This document shows positions 62,295-64,000 of a stretch of 64,000 nt of DNA, one piece after another. This stretch comes from Macrostomum lignano. Taxonomy: Eukaryota. Where the stretch lies: the NCBI GenBank assembly GCA_002269645.1, contig NIVC01000463.1, positions 1 to 64,000 on the forward strand, read 5' to 3'. A program made the translations under genes and the position numbers. Positions within the stretch are counted from its first letter, which is position 1. Each line of letters opens with the position of its first letter. Below the pieces are notes generated by a model. The model did not search any database, had not been told where the DNA came from, and was given only the letters and a program-made list of their open reading frames with translations.

Positions 62295-62681
62295 TCAGAC
62301 TCCGCGAAAGAACTCGTCGAGCATTCGCTCCACATCGTCCTTGGTGAACTTGATGTACTTGTCCTTCTTGGACGTGAACGGCACGTTGGCATACTTGTCC
62401 CGAAACATGGCGTACCGATCCAATAGGAAAGCTTTGTTCTCGCGAATGAGATCCTGTCGGAGTTCGGGATCGGGCACCGAGTAATTGACCTGGGTCTTGT
62501 GGACCGCTTGGAATTCTTCGTTGAAGCTCTGCGCGAATTTATTTTGTTTAAATTGACTATTGATGCTACTTTAAGTAGTGAAAATAAACGAAGAAATGAA
62601 AATAATATAGTTTTCAGTACAAATCGATAGGACATTTACCTTAAACTTCTCTTTAATCAGAGCCTTATCCTTCTCGGATAG
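62295..62681 (-). CDS. EXOC7: Exocyst complex component 7 (Exo70), last two exons
   Basis: complement(join 62681..62640, 62528..62295): LSEKDKALIKEKFK|SFNEEFQAVHKTQVNYSVPDPELRQDL...Y..F.DKY..VPFT....KYIKF....V..M...FF, the Exo70 C-terminal domain. Upstream exons not identified in the window. Confidence 0.9.
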
Positions 62682-62884
62682 CTAAAATTATAAAAGAAAA
62701 TTTTTTTTTGATTATTAATTGTGTTAATAAAAACTTATGTATTTAAAGCATAAAAATGTGCATCAAAAATGCTAGGGCAATGTAAATATAGGCGATTGGA
62801 TGAAAAATGCTGTGGTACAACTTAATTAAGACGATTTTAAATACTCATCTGATTCCATATGGGATTTCATAGCTTCTCTGAGCC

Positions 62885-63865
62885 CTCACTGTCTAACCCA
62901 GCCCAGCCCTCACTGTCTAACCTAGCCCAGCCCTCACTGTCTAACCCAGTCCAGCCCTCACTGTCTAACCTAGCCCAGCCCTCACTGTCTATCCCTGCCC
63001 AGCCCTCACTGTCTAACCCTGCCCAGCCCTCACTGTCTAACCTAGCCCAGCCCTCACTGTCTAACCCAGCCCAGCCCTCACTGTCTAACCTAGCCCAGCC
63101 CTCACTGTCTAACCTAGCCCAGCCCTCACTGTCTAACCTAGCCCAGCCCTCACTGTCTAACCCAGCCCAGCCCTCACTGTCTAACCTAGCCCAGCCCTCA
63201 CTGTCTATCCCTGCCCAGCCCTCACTGTCTAACCCAGCCCAGCCCTCACTGTCTAACCTAGCCCAGCCCTCACTGTCTATCCCTGCCCAGCCCTCACTGT
63301 CTAACCCTGCCCAGCCCTCACTGTCTAACCTAGCCCAGCCCTCACTGTCTATCCCTGCCCAGCCTTAACTGTCTAACCCAGCCCAGCCCTCACTGTCTAA
63401 CCCAGCCCAGCCCTCACTGTCTATCCCTGCCCAGCCCTCACTGTCTAACCCTGCCCAGCCCTCACTGTCTAACCCTGCCCAGCCCTCACTGTCTAACCTA
63501 GCCCAGCCCTCACTGTCTATCCCTGCCCAGCCCTCACTGTCTATCCCTGCCCAGCCCTCACTGTCTAACCCAGCCCAGCCCTCACTGTCTATCCCTGCCC
63601 AGCCCTCACTGTCTAACCCTGCCTAGCCCTCACTGTCTAACCTAGCCCAGCCCTCACTGTCTATCCCTGCCCAGCCCTCACTGTCTATCCCTGCCCAGCC
63701 CTCACTGTCTAACCCAGCCCAGCCCTCACTGTCTATCCCTGCCCAGCCCTCACTGTCTAACCCTGCCCAGCCCTCACTGTCTAACCTAGCCCAGCCCTCA
63801 CTGTCTATCCCTGCCCAGCCTTAACTGTCTAACCCAGCCCAGCCCTCACTGTCTATCCCTGCTTA
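62885..63865. repeat. 24-bp minisatellite CCCAGCCCTCACTGTCTAACCTAG
   Basis: Period 24; in an EXOC7 intron. Confidence 0.95.
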
Positions 63866-64000
63866 CTCCTCCCCCTCTATCCCTACCTCTATCCTATATG
63901 CCACAGTAAAGTGCATAGATACAATGGGAGATGCCAGATCAAATGGTAATCAACGTCAATCTACGGGCGTAAAAATAATTGAAGACAGACCTAACAGACT

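Overview
Eukaryotic (metazoan invertebrate) genomic DNA with GT-AG introns. Most introns and intergenic gaps are filled by distinct mini- or microsatellites, an architecture suggestive of a flatworm such as Macrostomum (inference only). Spliced models were built by hand with phase-checked junctions. Conserved genes: dystrobrevin (-), PPM1D/Wip1 (+, with an apparent 1-nt frameshift), GRAMD4 (-), PQLC3/SLC66A3 (+) and the 3' end of EXOC7 (-). Three unrecognised genes: a 2-TM protein, a Pro/Gly/Gln-rich protein and a ~700-aa protein with one ankyrin-like motif. The most interesting content is in the first 15 kb: a single-exon precursor of 13 KR-flanked GYNYLRDAMLS-type peptides; a two-exon precursor, missed by the ORF track, ending in amidated HSGTMSMKKIRTMFDMLRT-NH2; and a weaker third candidate (DTKAYAKVLNQIRLVKL...IIL-G-K). 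Mobile DNA: two foldback/MULE-like MITE copies with 9-bp TSDs (one with an internal TTAGGG-like tract), a tRNA-derived SINE family (one full-length copy with a 13-bp TSD) and an RNase H-bearing LINE fragment. Most long ORFs in the supplied track are translations of tandem repeats.
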